Assembly (NCBI GenBank): GCA_963783385.1
Contig: CAWANJ010000003.1
Span: forward strand, 1-64,000
Direction of reading: 5' to 3'
DNA length: 64,000 nucleotides
Source of the DNA: an uncultured Gemmatimonadales bacterium
GTDB lineage: Bacteria > Gemmatimonadota > Gemmatimonadetes > Palauibacterales > Palauibacteraceae
In this document: positions 1-11,138 of the stretch, piece by piece
Layout: every line of letters begins with the position of its first letter
Numbering within the stretch: position 1 is the stretch's first letter
Position numbers and translations under genes: made by a program
Notes under the pieces: model-generated
Database searches by the model: none
What the model was told of the DNA's origin: nothing
What the model saw: only the letters and a program-made list of their open reading frames with translations

Positions 1-2
1 GC

Positions 3-599
3 CACTTCAGGAAGGGCCATCTCCTGTGGAGGGAAGGCGACAGCGCGGGGATGCTCGTGTCGCTGAGGTCGGGGCTCGTCAAGGCCTACCGGATCCTGCC
101 CAGGGGCCAGGAAGTCACCCTGTATCTGTTCGGGCCGGGTGACCTGTTCGGCTTTCTGCCCTTCCTGGACGGCCAGCCCTACCCGGCGTACGCGCGGGCC
201 ATGGAGGACGTGGAGGCCGACGTCATGGTCCGCTCGAGCCTCCTCCAGGCGCTCCGGGCCGAGCCGGAGCTCGCCATCCGTCTCATCGCGCTGCTGGGAG
301 CGCGACTCCGGACGGCGTTCGATCTCGTCCGGATCCTCTCCATCCCCAGCGCCCGGGTGCGCGTCGCACATGCCCTGCTCGCCATGGTCTCCTCGGAGGA
401 GACGGCCGATCCTTCGACGATCGGCTTGCCGGTGTCCAACCACGAGTTCGCCAGGGCGCTCGGGCTCGCTCCGGAGACGCTCTCCAGGGTCCTCACGCTC
501 CTGGTCGACGACGGCGTCCTGGAGCGCGCCGGCTCCGGACGGTATCGGGTCCTGGACCCGAAGGGACTGAGCGCGGCGGCACGGCCCGACCCCGAATAG
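3..599 (+). CDS. Crp/Fnr family transcriptional regulator (5' end lies outside the window)
   Basis: Frame is open from base 3 (HFRKGHLLWREGD...). cNMP-binding-like segment LFGPGDLFG...YPAYARA and C-terminal HTH with LAPETLSRVL (ExxSR recognition helix). Confidence 0.9.
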   Translation, partial: HFRKGHLLWREGDSAGMLVSLRSGLVKAYRILPRGQEVTLYLFGPGDLFGFLPFLDGQPYPAYARAMEDVEADVMVRSSLLQALRAEPELAIRLIALLGARLRTAFDLVRILSIPSARVRVAHALLAMVSSEETADPSTIGLPVSNHEFARALGLAPETLSRVLTLLVDDGVLERAGSGRYRVLDPKGLSAAARPDPE

Positions 600-637
600 T
601 CCCGTTCGGCGCCCGTCTCGGCGCCGGCTCTCTCCCG

Positions 638-651
638 TTGATTCCGGTCAA
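638..651. promoter_or_regulatory. FNR/Crp-type binding site
   Basis: TTGAT-tccg-GTCAA, one mismatch from TTGAT-N4-ATCAA. Lies between an ExxSR-type Crp/Fnr gene and the FmdE gene. Confidence 0.65.
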
Positions 652-781
652 TGCGCCGCCCGTCGGTCGTGCCCACTTTGACGCGTCGTGCGGCGATGAC
701 CGGTATTCATACAGCGCCTCGGTCCGCCGGAATACGGGTCGCGGGCGCGAGGCTCGGCACGAGACGACGGGAGAGGTCACC

Positions 782-1404
782 ATGGTGGAGTCCGAGGGCG
801 TTTCTGGAGAGCGGGCTGGAGCTTCACGGGCACAAGTGCCCGGCCATGCCCATGGGGCTCCGGGCCGGGGCCATCGCGATGAACCGGCTGGGCGTGGGAC
901 GCTCGGGGGCCAAGACCCTGCTGGCGCTGGTGGAGCTCGGCGACGACCACTGCGCCCACTGCTTCGGCGACGGCGTGCAGATGGTCACCGGCTGCACGTT
1001 CGGCAAGGGGAACATCAAGCAGCTCGGCTACGGCAAGTTCGGTCTCACCCTGGTGGACAGGGCCACGGGCCGGGCGGTTCGCGTGGTGCCCAGGGGCGAG
1101 GCGCAGATGCGGATGAAGCAGACGCCCTTCTTCACCGAGTACAGGATGAAGGGCATCCCGCCCACGGAGGTACCGGACGAGGTCGTGGACCCGCTCGTCG
1201 AAGCAGGTGCTGTCGGGGCCCGAGGAGGCCCTGTTCAGGGTGAGCGAAGCGTTCGACTACGAGGTCCCGCCCGGCGGCGGGGAGGACTTCGCCTCCTTCC
1301 TGTGCTCCCGTTGCGGGGACATGGTGGTGGAGCGATACGGGCGCGTGGTCGGGGAGGCGAAGGTGTGCATTCCCTGTCAGCAGGAACTGCTCGCGAGCGG
1401 GTAG
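782..1404 (+). CDS. FmdE-family protein with C-terminal CxxC...CxxC zinc finger (split by frameshifts)
   Basis: ATG at 782 after GGGAGAGG. HGHKCPAMPMGLRAG and CFGDGVQMVTGCTFGKGN lie in ORF 651..2084; the tail CSRCGDMVVE...CIPC lies in ORF 1207..1404. Confidence 0.8.
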
Positions 1405-1478
1405 CGACGCGGACGGGATTCGGCCGCCTCGAGCGTTCCCCGGCGCGTGGCGGTCCCGGAGAGCGAAGGAGCCCAACG

Positions 1479-2230
1479 ATGCTGTACGCAGTCATCGCCG
1501 TCGGCTTCGTCGGTATCTCGTTCCTGTTCTCCATGCTTGGGATGGGCGGGGCGCTGATCTACGTGCCGGTCCTCACCTGGGCCGGCTTCCCGGTCAAGGA
1601 GACCGCTATCCCGCTGGCTCTTCTGCTCAACGGGCTCACCACGCTGATCGCGCTCGTCGCCTACTTCCGGGCGAGGCTCGTGGATTGGAAGGGCGGACTC
1701 GGCATGATCGACGGGGGCGTTCGTGCTCGCGCCGGTGGGTGCGTTCGCGTCCCGGGCCGTGCCCGTGAGCGTGCTCCTCGGCCTGTTCGCCGTCGCCGTG
1801 ATGGCGGCGGCATTCAGGATGCTGGTCATGTCCCGGCGTCCCGAGCCCGGGGAGCTGATGTCCCTGAAGAGGAGGCTGGTCATCGGAACCTCGGTGGGCG
1901 TCTTCGCGGGGTTCGTGGCCGGCCTCCTCGGCATCGGAGGCGGATTCATCATGTCTCCGCTCCTTATGTGGATGGGGTACGAGACGAAGAGGGCCGTCGC
2001 GACCTCGGCGCTCGCCGTGACCTTCTCGTCCTTCTCGGGCTTCGCCGGGCACGTCGCGCAGGGGCAGCCTCGACGGGATCCTGACCCCGATGCTGGCCGC
2101 CGCCGTGCTGGTGGGGGCCTTCTCCGGAAGCCGCTTCATGGTCAGGAGGGCGAAGTCGGCCCGGGTCAAGCAGGTGTTCGCGGTCGTGCTGTTCGGCGTC
2201 GCGGCCAAGCTGCTCCTGGGAGTGCTGTAG
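1479..2230 (+). CDS. Sulfite exporter TauE/SafE family membrane protein (frameshifted)
   Basis: FSMLGMGGALIYVP and the repeated GLLGIGGGFIMSP motif; hydrophobic throughout; pieces lie in successive frames ending at TAG 2228-2230. Confidence 0.8.
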
Positions 2231-2346
2231 CCGCCTGCGGGTGCACTCCGAGCGGGCGCTTCGCGACGAATCTTCCCGGGCGCGCTCTCTCCCAACCCAT
2301 TGACGGTACGCTCTCTTCCCCTGCACCGTAGTAGCGTCCCTCCGCC

Positions 2347-3690
2347 GTGATCTCCGGCGGCTTCGGCATGACCCGGGTGAGCGTGGCCTCTCCGTCCGCC
2401 GAGGACGCCGGCCCGCTGCCACCCGGGAATCCGGACGTTCCCCCCTCGATCGCGGAGGTGGCCGTGCCCCACGCCGAGCCCTACTTCCCGGGCCCCATCT
2501 TCTCCGTCGAGGACGGCGACACGCCGTCCGTGCCGCGCGTCCTCATCGCGCCCGCCCGCTACGTGCAGGGACCGGGGGTCTTCGCGCACCTCGGCCGCTA
2601 CCTGGCTCCCCTCGGGGCAAGCAGACCGGCCGTGCTGGCCAGCCCCGGAGGACACGTCCGGGAGGGATCGTCGATCGTGGCCGGGCTGAGCGAGGCGGGG
2701 CTCGACCCGATCGCCGTGACGTTCGAGGGCGAGAGTTCGGTCGAGGAGATCGAGCGGATCGTGGCGGTCCTCGGTGAGGCCGGTTCGCCGGTCGATGCCC
2801 TGGTCGCGGTCGGGGGCGGAAAGTGCCTGGACACGGGCAAGTGCGTGGCCTACCGGCTGCACGTTCCGATGGTGAGCTGCCCCACGATCGCGTCGAACGA
2901 CTCGCCCTGCTCCGCGCTGTCCGTCGTCTACACGCCCGAGGGTGCGTTCGAAGCGGTCGAGTTCTTCCCCGACAGCCCGGCGCTGGTCGTGGTGGACACG
3001 GCGGTCGTGGCCCGGGCTCCGCTGCGCTACCTGGTCGCCGGCATGGGCGACGGCCTGGCCACCTGGTACGAGGCGCGCACCTGCTTCCGGAATCCGTCGG
3101 CCCGCTCGGCCGTCTTTGCGCGTCCCACCGTGGCCTCCATGACGCTCGGCGAGGCCTGCGCGAACACGATCCGGGAGTTCGGCCGGGGCGCGATCGAGGC
3201 CGTGGCGTCGCGCCGTGTGGACGAAGCCCTCGAGCGGGTGGTCGAGGCGAACACGCTGCTCAGCGGGATCGGCTTCGAGAGCGGTGGCTGCGCCGCGGCG
3301 CACGCGATCGCCACGGGCGCCTTCCCGGCGCTCCCGGCCGTCCACGCCTCGTGTCTGCACGGCGAGATGGTGGCCTTCGGGCTCCTGACGCAGCTCGTCC
3401 TCGAGGGGGAGATGGAGGAGGCGGAGGACGTGGCAGGCTTCCTGGCCGCCGTCGGCCTCCCCGTGCACCTGGGACAGGTCGGCCTCGACCCGGACCGCGA
3501 CCCCGACGCCATCCGCTCGGCGGCCGACATCGCGGCAGGCGTCTTCCTCATGGCCAACGAGCCCTTCGAGGTGACGGCGGGGAGCGTCCACGCGGCGCTT
3601 CTGGGCGCCCACGAACTGGGGCTGGAGGCCGCCGCCCGGGAGGGCGATGCGGCGTACCGGGCGCTCCACCCGGAGCCTGCGGCGGCCTGA
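2347..3690 (+). CDS. gldA: Glycerol dehydrogenase (iron/zinc-containing alcohol dehydrogenase family)
   Basis: PARYVQGPG, AVGGGKCLDTGK, PTIASNDSPCSALSVVY, AGMGDGLATWYEA, EANTLLSGIGFESGG, AHAI, HGEMVAFG. Exact start uncertain. Confidence 0.85.
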   Translation: MISGGFGMTRVSVASPSAEDAGPLPPGNPDVPPSIAEVAVPHAEPYFPGPIFSVEDGDTPSVPRVLIAPARYVQGPGVFAHLGRYLAPLGASRPAVLASPGGHVREGSSIVAGLSEAGLDPIAVTFEGESSVEEIERIVAVLGEAGSPVDALVAVGGGKCLDTGKCVAYRLHVPMVSCPTIASNDSPCSALSVVYTPEGAFEAVEFFPDSPALVVVDTAVVARAPLRYLVAGMGDGLATWYEARTCFRNPSARSAVFARPTVASMTLGEACANTIREFGRGAIEAVASRRVDEALERVVEANTLLSGIGFESGGCAAAHAIATGAFPALPAVHASCLHGEMVAFGLLTQLVLEGEMEEAEDVAGFLAAVGLPVHLGQVGLDPDRDPDAIRSAADIAAGVFLMANEPFEVTAGSVHAALLGAHELGLEAAAREGDAAYRALHPEPAAA

Positions 3691-3705
3691 GAAGCCACCT
3701 CCCGG

Positions 3706-4983
3706 CTAGGCCGCCTTCCGGCCGAAGTCCCGCTCCAGCGGGATGCGCGCCGCGACCATGAAGCTGGGGATGGTGGCGATCAGGACCAGGGTGAAGAACG
3801 TCGGATAGCCGACGTGGTCCTGCAGCCAGCCGCTCCACATGCCCGGCACCATCATGCCGAGCGCCATGAAGCCCGTGCAGATCGCGTAGTGCGCCGTCCG
3901 GTGGGCGCCGCGGGAGATGTAGATCATGTAGAGCACGTACGCGGTGAAGCCGAAGCCGTAGCCGAACTGCTCGACCACCACGCACGCCTGGACGATCCAC
4001 AGGCTGGCCGGCTGGGCGTGGGCCAGGAAGATGTAGACGGCGTCGGGTAGCTGCATGGCGATCATCATCGGCCACAGCCACGCCTTGAGCCCGTGGCGCG
4101 AGGCGACCCAGCCGCCGAGCAGGCCTCCGACCGTGAGCGCCACGATGCCGACGGTACCGTACAGCCAGCCGACCTGCGCGGTCGTCAGGCCGAGCCCGCC
4201 TCTGGCGACCGGGTCCAGCATGAACGGCGTGGCCAGCTTGACGAGCTGGGCCTCGCCGAGCCGGTAGAGCAGCAGGAAGGCGAGCAGGGCGGCGATCTTC
4301 GGCTTGCGGAAGAAGGACCCGAACGTGGCGACGAACTCCCGGACGAACTCCGGCACGCGCCGCACGTTCCCGGGCCGGTCCGCGTCGGGGTGCGGGAGGA
4401 CCCACAGGTGCCAGAGACCGAACAGCACGAAGGTCGACCGCCACCGCCCCCATGGTCAGCGACCACGCCCGGTGCACGTCGCCGAACCGCGTCTCCAGCG
4501 TGCCGGCCAGCACCACGAGCAGTCCCTGTCCGGCGATCATGGCGACGCGGTAGAACATGGTGCGCACGCCCACGAACAGGGCCTGCTCGCGTTCGGACGC
4601 GGCCAGCATGTAGAAGCCATCGGCGGCGATGTCGTGGGTCGCGGACTGGAAGGCCATCAGCCAGAAGAACGCCAGCGTCCACTGGAAGGCGTTCGGTACC
4701 GGCGCCGAGAACGCGATCCCGCCAGCCCGCCTCCGACCAGGAGCTGCATGAGCCAGATCCAGCGCCGCCGGGTGCCGAGCAGGTCCACCACCGGCGACCA
4801 GAACGGCTTCACCACCCAGGGCAGGTAGAGCCAGCTGGTGTAGAAGGCGATGTCGGTGTTGGAGACGCCGAAGTCCTTGTACATGATGACCGAGACGGTC
4901 ATCACCAGGACGTAGGGGAGGCCCTCGGCCAGGTAGAGGGAGGGGATCCACAGCCACGGATTGCGCCGGCGGGCGTCGGACAT
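3706..4983 (-). CDS. AmpG-like MFS permease (frameshifted)
   Basis: NPWLWIPSLYLAEGLPY, LPWVVKPFWSPVVD, SATHDIAADGFYM, EQFGYGFGFTAY, TAHYAICTGFMALGMM spread over three ORFs. Confidence 0.85.
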
Positions 4984-5355
4984 CGCTCCCCACCTCCCCC
5001 GGGGATGGTGTGCGGCTCGAATCGCCACCGTCCGGCATGCGCACCCACCCGCTACGAGCGGGTGGCGCCGTGCCGCATGCGGCGCCGGCGGGGCGCCGCT
5101 CGCGTCGGGCGGGTGGTCGATTCCACGCGGGCGCCCCGGCTTCCGCCCGGGAGCGCGAAGCGCAAAGCTGCACCGCATCACTCCTCTCGCGCCATGCGCC
5201 CGGCCGCGGCCGTCGGCAACGGTAGGATCTTCGCGATGGCGCGGCGGGACCCGAGCGATGGGTCCGAGGGAGCTACAGCCTTCTGATCAGGAGGCCGGTG
5301 GTGCTCCTCCAGAGGGAAGGGCGGTCAGGGCATCTCCCGGTTGGCCCGACCGCGG

Positions 5356-5914
5356 TCAGGTCCTCAGCGCCGGGAGCGCCTCGCCCTCCGGGACGAACCG
5401 CAGCGCCAGGCCGTTGTTGCAGTAGCGCAGGCCGGTCGGCGGCGGGCCGTCGTGGAACCTGTGTCCCTGGTGTCCGCCGCAGCGGATGCAGTGGTACTCG
5501 GTGCGGGGGATGGCGAGCTGGTAGTCGGGCTTGGTCCCCAGCCGGCCTTCGAGCGGGCGCCAGAAGCTCGGCCAGCCCGTGCCGCTGTCGTATTTGGTCG
5601 TCGAGGGAAACAGGGGGAGGAAGCAGGCCGCGCACACGTAGGTGCCGGCTGCGGGTCTCGTGGTCGAGGGGACTCGAGAAGGGACGCTCCGTGTATTCCT
5701 CGAACAGCACCTTATAGGCATTGGGAGAGAGGAGCTTCTTCCACTCCTTGGCGCTCTTCCGGAGCGTGGGCCCCCGGCCGCCGCCGGCCGTGTCGCCGCG
5801 GATCACGCCGCGGGTCCCGAGGTCGGAGTCCGGGCGGCCCCGGAGCCAGTCGCCCAGGACCAGGGGCACGGCCGCGACCCCCGCCAGCCCGACCACGAAC
5901 GCTCGCCTGTCCAT
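5356..5914 (-). CDS. msrB: Peptide-methionine (R)-S-oxide reductase with twin-arginine-like leader (frameshifted)
   Basis: N-terminus MDRRAFVVG; TERPFSSPL, GTYVCAAC, KYDSGTGWPSF, CIRCGGHQGHRFHDGPPPTGLRYCNNG. Confidence 0.9.
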
Positions 5915-6106
5915 CGTCCTCCTCCTCGCTACGGTCTCGCCGCCGCGTCCTTCGCGGGCGCGACGGCCGCGAAGCTACCATGGTACTAACGCCGGGCCGG
6001 GGTGTCGGTTCCGGCGTCGGGACCTCGGTGAAACCTTCACCGGCCGCGCCGCGTCCGTGTAGCGTGCGACGTCGACGCCCTTCCCCACGCCCCGGAGGCC
6101 ATCCGC

Positions 6107-7030
6107 GTGAACGTCATCGAGACGACGGGCCTGACCAAGCGATACGGAGCGAAGCTGGCCGTCGATGGCATCAGCTTCGCGGTCGAGCGGGGACAGCTGT
6201 TCGGGTTCCTCGGGCCCAACGGCAGCGGCAAGACCACCACGATCGGCATGCTGCTGGGCATCATCACGCCGACGGCCGGAGAGATCCGGCTGTTCGGCAT
6301 GAGCGGGCGCCGGGGGCTCCACCACGGCCGGCAGCGTACCGGTGCCACGCTCGAGAACCCCAACTTCTATCCCTACCTGTCCGGGTTCGACAACCTGCGG
6401 GTGGTGGCCAACGTAAAGCGGGTTCCGCGGCGCTCGATCGACGAGGTGCTGGAGCTCGTGCGACTCGCCGACCGGAAGCGCGACCGCTACCAGACCTACT
6501 CCCTGGGCATGAAGCAGCGGCTGGCGCTGGCCGCGACCATGCTCGGCGACCCCGAGCTGATCGTCCTGGACGAGCCGGCCAACGGGCTGGATCCTGAAGG
6601 CATGAAGGAGATCCGCGAGATCCTCGCCGATCTCGCGGCCGCCGGAAAGACCATCTTCCTGTCCAGCCACCTGCTGTGGGAGGTGGAGCGCACCTGCAGC
6701 CACGTCGCCATCATCCGCCGCGGCCGCATCATCCGGCAGGCCAGCGTCCGCGAGATCACGACGGGGACGACCGTGGCGGAGCTGCGCGGGGCCGATCCGG
6801 CCGTGATCGCCTCGGCGCTCGAGGCGTATCCCGAAGCCGTATCGGTCCAGGTGGACGGGGACACCATCCTCGCCGAGCTGCGCGATGACGACCTCGCCGC
6901 TCTGAATCGATATCTGTCGGGACGGGGAGTGTATCTCTCCCACCTGACCGCCCGCCAGCGATCCCTCGAGGAGGCGTTCATGCAGCTCACCGGCGACGAG
7001 GAGGCCCCGGCACTGGAAGGTGCGGCATGA
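6107..7030 (+). CDS. ABC transporter ATP-binding protein (BcrA/multidrug type)
   Basis: Walker A GPNGSGKTT, signature YSLGMKQRL, Walker B IVLDEP, SSHLL. Confidence 0.95.
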   Translation: MNVIETTGLTKRYGAKLAVDGISFAVERGQLFGFLGPNGSGKTTTIGMLLGIITPTAGEIRLFGMSGRRGLHHGRQRTGATLENPNFYPYLSGFDNLRVVANVKRVPRRSIDEVLELVRLADRKRDRYQTYSLGMKQRLALAATMLGDPELIVLDEPANGLDPEGMKEIREILADLAAAGKTIFLSSHLLWEVERTCSHVAIIRRGRIIRQASVREITTGTTVAELRGADPAVIASALEAYPEAVSVQVDGDTILAELRDDDLAALNRYLSGRGVYLSHLTARQRSLEEAFMQLTGDEEAPALEGAA

Positions 7031-7866
7031 GGACCGCCGCGGTGCTGTTCCGCAACGAGGTGCTCAAGGCGACCAAGCGGCCGGCCACGATCGTGACGCT
7101 GGGACTCTTCGCCTTCATCCTGTGCATGATCGCGGGAAGCTCCTACTACCAGGCGCTCCTGCACCCGGAGCGGGGGGGATTCATCCTGCCCACCGCCTGG
7201 CCCGGCCTGCTCGACGACCCCGGCGTGCCCTCCGCGTTCTTCGCCGCCATCCTCCTCATCCTGCTCGTCGACAGCGAGTTCTCCTGGCGCACGGCACGCC
7301 AGAACGTGATCGACGGACTCTCCAAGGCGCAGTGGTTCGGCGGCAAGCTCGTGCTGTTCGCCCTCGTCTGCCTGGGCTGCGTGGGGCTGCACCTGCTCGT
7401 CACCGGGTCGGTGGCCGCCTGGGGCAGCTTCCACATCGCGGGAGGGATCCCGGCGCTGGTCCGGGGCTCGGACCTGCGCATGATGGGGGCGGACCTGCTC
7501 ATGGTGACCGGACTGGGCTCGGTCGCCATGCTGGCGGCGTTCGCGGCGCGGAGCGCGGGCCCCGCCATGGCCCTGTTCTTCTTCTACGTGGCGCTGGGCG
7601 AACGCATGCTGGCGCTCGTCCTGTCTCGCGTGGGCGGAGCGGTCGCGGGCGCGATCGCGTTCCTGCCCATGCGGCTGTTCACGTCCCTCCCCGAGCCGGC
7701 GCGCTGGGACCCGGCGGCGCTCCAGAAGGCCGTGGCGGCGGCGGCCAAGCACGGACGTCCGCCGCCGGACTTCAGCGACACGACCCTGCTCGTGTGGGTC
7801 GGGATCGCCGAGATCGTGGTGCTGCTGACCGCCGCCTTCCTGGTGTACCGCCGGCGCGACCTGTAG
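7027..7866 (+). CDS. ABC-2 type transporter permease
   Basis: ATGA overlap with the ATPase gene; multiple TM segments; EFSWRTARQNVIDGLS motif; C-terminal RRRDL. Confidence 0.85.
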   Translation: MRTAAVLFRNEVLKATKRPATIVTLGLFAFILCMIAGSSYYQALLHPERGGFILPTAWPGLLDDPGVPSAFFAAILLILLVDSEFSWRTARQNVIDGLSKAQWFGGKLVLFALVCLGCVGLHLLVTGSVAAWGSFHIAGGIPALVRGSDLRMMGADLLMVTGLGSVAMLAAFAARSAGPAMALFFFYVALGERMLALVLSRVGGAVAGAIAFLPMRLFTSLPEPARWDPAALQKAVAAAAKHGRPPPDFSDTTLLVWVGIAEIVVLLTAAFLVYRRRDL

Positions 7867-7957
7867 CGACACGAGCTGTCTGCCGCCCGCTGCTGCTGCC
7901 TCGGTGGCGGGTCCAGGCAGAAAGCACGGCGACCCGGAGGTCCGCCGGATCCCTGGT

Positions 7958-8728
7958 CTAGGCCCCCGCGTCCGGCTCGCGCGGCCGGGCGGCGCGCCAC
8001 GGCGCGCGCTCGGCGCCCCGTGGCAGAGCGAAGACGACCAGGAGAGCCGCGAGCCCCAGCACCGGGAACACCAGCACGCTCCCTTCCGGACCGACGGATC
8101 CACCACTCAGCCACGCCGGCCCGATCGCCCGGGTGGTCAGGAGGTGGCCGGCCGCCAGCCGGCCGCTGTCGGCCGTGCCGAACAGGAACGACTCGCACCA
8201 GTCCCACGCCGCGTGGAAGCCCAGCACCCACCACAGGGACCCGGTGCGCCACACCGCCAGGCAGCACACCAGGCCGAACGCCACGACCTGCGCGAGGCCG
8301 ATGGCGTTCTCGCCCTGGTTGCCGAGATGCGCCCCGCCGAAGAACAGGGACGTGAGGACAAATGCGGCCCGCGGTCCGAAGCGTTCGGCGGCACGCAGGA
8401 AGGGGAAGCCGCGGAAGGTCCCTTCCTCGGCCAGCGCCAGCACGGCGAAGGCGGCGGCCCAGGCGGACCCGGAGGCGATCGCGGTCCCGAGGTCGCGGAC
8501 GCCGACGTCCACGGCGGCGCCGTGCGCCAGAACCAGCGCGGCCATGAGCAGGGACATCAGCACCAGCCCGCTGGCCGCGCCGCAGGTCAGCAGCAGGCCG
8601 CGGTGCGCGCCACGCCAGCCGTAGTCCAGCCAGTCGAAGCCCTGTGTGCGGCTCAGGATCCAGATCGCCCCGAGGATCGCGAGCGCCCACAGTCCGTCAC
8701 TGAGCGCCAGGCCGCCGGGGGTCGTCAC
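7958..8728 (-). CDS. CPBP family intramembrane glutamic endopeptidase (CAAX/Abi)
   Basis: AEEGTFRG, FFGGAH, RTGSLWWVLGFHAAWDW, GGSVGPEGS. Start uncertain. Confidence 0.85.
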   Translation of the reverse strand: MTTPGGLALSDGLWALAILGAIWILSRTQGFDWLDYGWRGAHRGLLLTCGAASGLVLMSLLMAALVLAHGAAVDVGVRDLGTAIASGSAWAAAFAVLALAEEGTFRGFPFLRAAERFGPRAAFVLTSLFFGGAHLGNQGENAIGLAQVVAFGLVCCLAVWRTGSLWWVLGFHAAWDWCESFLFGTADSGRLAAGHLLTTRAIGPAWLSGGSVGPEGSVLVFPVLGLAALLVVFALPRGAERAPWRAARPREPDAGA

Positions 8729-8846
8729 CTGCCGGGCCGCCGGCAGGCTCCAGAGCCAGGCGGCGGACGAGAGGGGTGTCGTGGTCAGCGGTCTCCCTGG
8801 TCGAAGCGGTGTCCGGCTCCAGGCGCGGGACTCGTTCGACGCTCCC

Positions 8847-10959
8847 TCAGCTGCCCCGGAGTGCCGTCTCCGCGTCCTTCAGCGCCGCGGTCGCCCGGTC
8901 GAAGTGATCCGCCAGGTCGGTCAGCTCCCGTCCGGTCCGCGCCTCGTCCTTCGCCCGCACGGCTTCCTTCACGGACGGGAAGATCATGGTCGCGTACCCG
9001 TTGTCCTCGTCGGCGACGTAGATGAGGTTCCGGAACCAGGAGCGCCCGACGAGGCCCTCGGGCCGGGTCAGGGCGCGCTCGACCCGCATCAGGGCCGCGT
9101 TGGTGCGCTCCAGCACCTTCTTCGGGGGGGCCTGTCCGGCCAGCGCCGCGTCGCGCGCCGACGCGAACGTCTTCGCCTGCGCTTCCATGCGGTCGATGGC
9201 GGCCGAGAGGACCCCCGTGTCGAGCTTCCAGCCGCGCTCCTGGAAGGCGCTGTCCAGGGCGGGCAGGTAGCCGCGCATCGTGGTGCGCGTACTCGGCGTA
9301 GTCGTAGGGGAGCACGTCCGCGTTGGCGAGCCGCAGGACCACGGCGGCGCCGAGCTGCGACGCGGCCACGTGGTGGCGGTAGCCCGGGTCGCCGAAGCGC
9401 TGCATCCAGGCCGGGTCGTCGTAGGCCGAGTGGTAGATGCCCTGGGCCCCGCCGAAGCCCCACTCGAGGATGGGGATGCCCAGGTGGTTGTAGAACCCCG
9501 CGTAATCGGAGCCGCCGCCGGGGGCGCCCATGCGTGGGTTCTCGCCCGCGGCGACCTTCGCCTGCGCCCGCCACGCGTCCCACAGGCTGCCGGCCGTGTC
9601 CGGCGCCGGCACCTCCTCGGCGGCCGACCGCAGCACGGCCCGCAGCGAGGGCGAGCCGCCGCCTCCGAAGCGCGGGCCGGACGCGATCATGTCCTCGTTC
9701 AGGTAGGCGACGCCTCCCTTCTGCAGGCGGAGCGAGTCGTCCTCGACGTACTCGACCGAGCCCACCAGGCCCCACTCCTCCGCGTCCCAGGTGGCGAACA
9801 GGATGGTGCGCTTGGGCCGCTTCCCGGCCTTCACCTGCTCGGCGATGGAGCGGGCGATCTCCATGACGCTCACCGAGCCGCTCACGTTGTCGTCGGTGCC
9901 GGGGCCCCACGCGTCGCGGTGACCGCCGATCACGACCACCTCGTCCGGGAACTCGCTGCCGCGCACGATCCCGAACGTGTCCCAGATGTCCTTGTACGGC
10001 TTCGTGGCCATCGTCCGTCGTCACCTGGACGCGGGCTACGACCGGGCCCGGGCCGACGTGGTAGCGGAACGGGAGGCCGCCCTGCCACGCCTGCGGGATG
10101 TCGGTGCCGCGCAGGCCCTCCAGCAGCTTCGCGGCGTTGCCGTAGGAGAGGGGCACGACGGGGATGTGCGGGATGACCGGGTCGGGGTCCACGCGCTTCG
10201 CGCCGGGTGTGCTGGGATAGCCGGGCGTGGTCGGGTCGCCGTCCACGTTCTCCACGCTCCCGCGCTGGACGCCGAACGGAGGGCCGCATCGGTCCCTCGG
10301 GGTAGACGTCGCCGCGGATCGTAGCCGTCGTCCTCGGGGTCGCTGTAGATGAGGAGCGCGGCGGCGCCGTGCTTCTCCGCCTCGCGGGCCTTGATGCCGC
10401 GGAAGGAGCGGCCGTAGCGCGCCACGGCGATCTTGCCCTTCACGGACACGCCGAGCGAGTCGAGCTTCGCGTAGTCTTCGATGAGCCCGTAGTTCACGTA
10501 CACGACCGGGGCGGTCACGTCGCCGGCCGCGCTGCTCCCGTTCACCGTCGGATACTGGTCGCCGCCGCTGAAGCTGTCCCCGGTCACCGCCGGCTCCCGC
10601 AGCGAAAGCTCCTCCGGGTCCGGGCGCACGCGCCACACGTGGACGCTCGTCGCGTGCGGGAGGAAGACGCTGTAGGTGCGTACCCGCGTCGGGAGCCCCC
10701 ACGACTTCATCTGCCCGATCACGTAGTCGCGGGTGCGGGCCTGGGCCGGGGTGCCCGCCACGTGCACCGTGCTCCCCAGGGCGAGCGAGTGCTTCCGGGC
10801 ATCTGCCGTGTCAGGGCGGGAGATGGCGTCCGCCTCGAGGGCGCGCTCGCGGGCAGAGGCCGCGGGGGAGTAGCCGGGGAGCTGCTGGGCGGCCAGGGGC
10901 GCCGCTGGGAGACAGAGGAGCGACCCGAGGGCCGCGATCGGAAGGTAGCGTAGTCTCAT
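8847..10959 (-). CDS. M28 peptidase, glutamate carboxypeptidase II-like (PA and transferrin-receptor dimerisation domains), secreted; frameshifted
   Basis: Signal peptide MRLRYLPIAALG; VYVNYG, ARYGRSFRGIK, GGHRDAW, DDNVSG, WDAEEWGLVGS, GGGSDY, YHSAYDD; C-terminal GLVGRSWFRNLIY. Confidence 0.9.
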
Positions 10960-11138
10960 GGCCCATTCCGTGAAGGGGAGTGTCCGAGCGCGAAGCATCC
11001 GGGCGCGGAAGATAGAGCCTCGATGCGGAGACGGCGAGCGCGGACCGGACCCGTCGAGTTACCTTCGCGCGAGGGTTCGCGCCCCAGGGATTCCGCTCGA
11101 GACGTTTCTCCAGGTCCACCCCCGCAGAGGAGGCCCAC

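Noticed and set aside
651-2084. Apparent FmdE-TauE fusion; similarly 55059..57029, 56183..57838, 10958..13453 and 20636..24187
   Set aside because: Each downstream gene has its own start codon with an SD or an overlap, and the intervening translations are not protein-like.
10864-10876. GGGGAGTAGCC, resembling the yybP-ykoY manganese riboswitch start
   Set aside because: It lies inside the M28 peptidase coding region on the opposite strand, far from mntH, with no second conserved loop.
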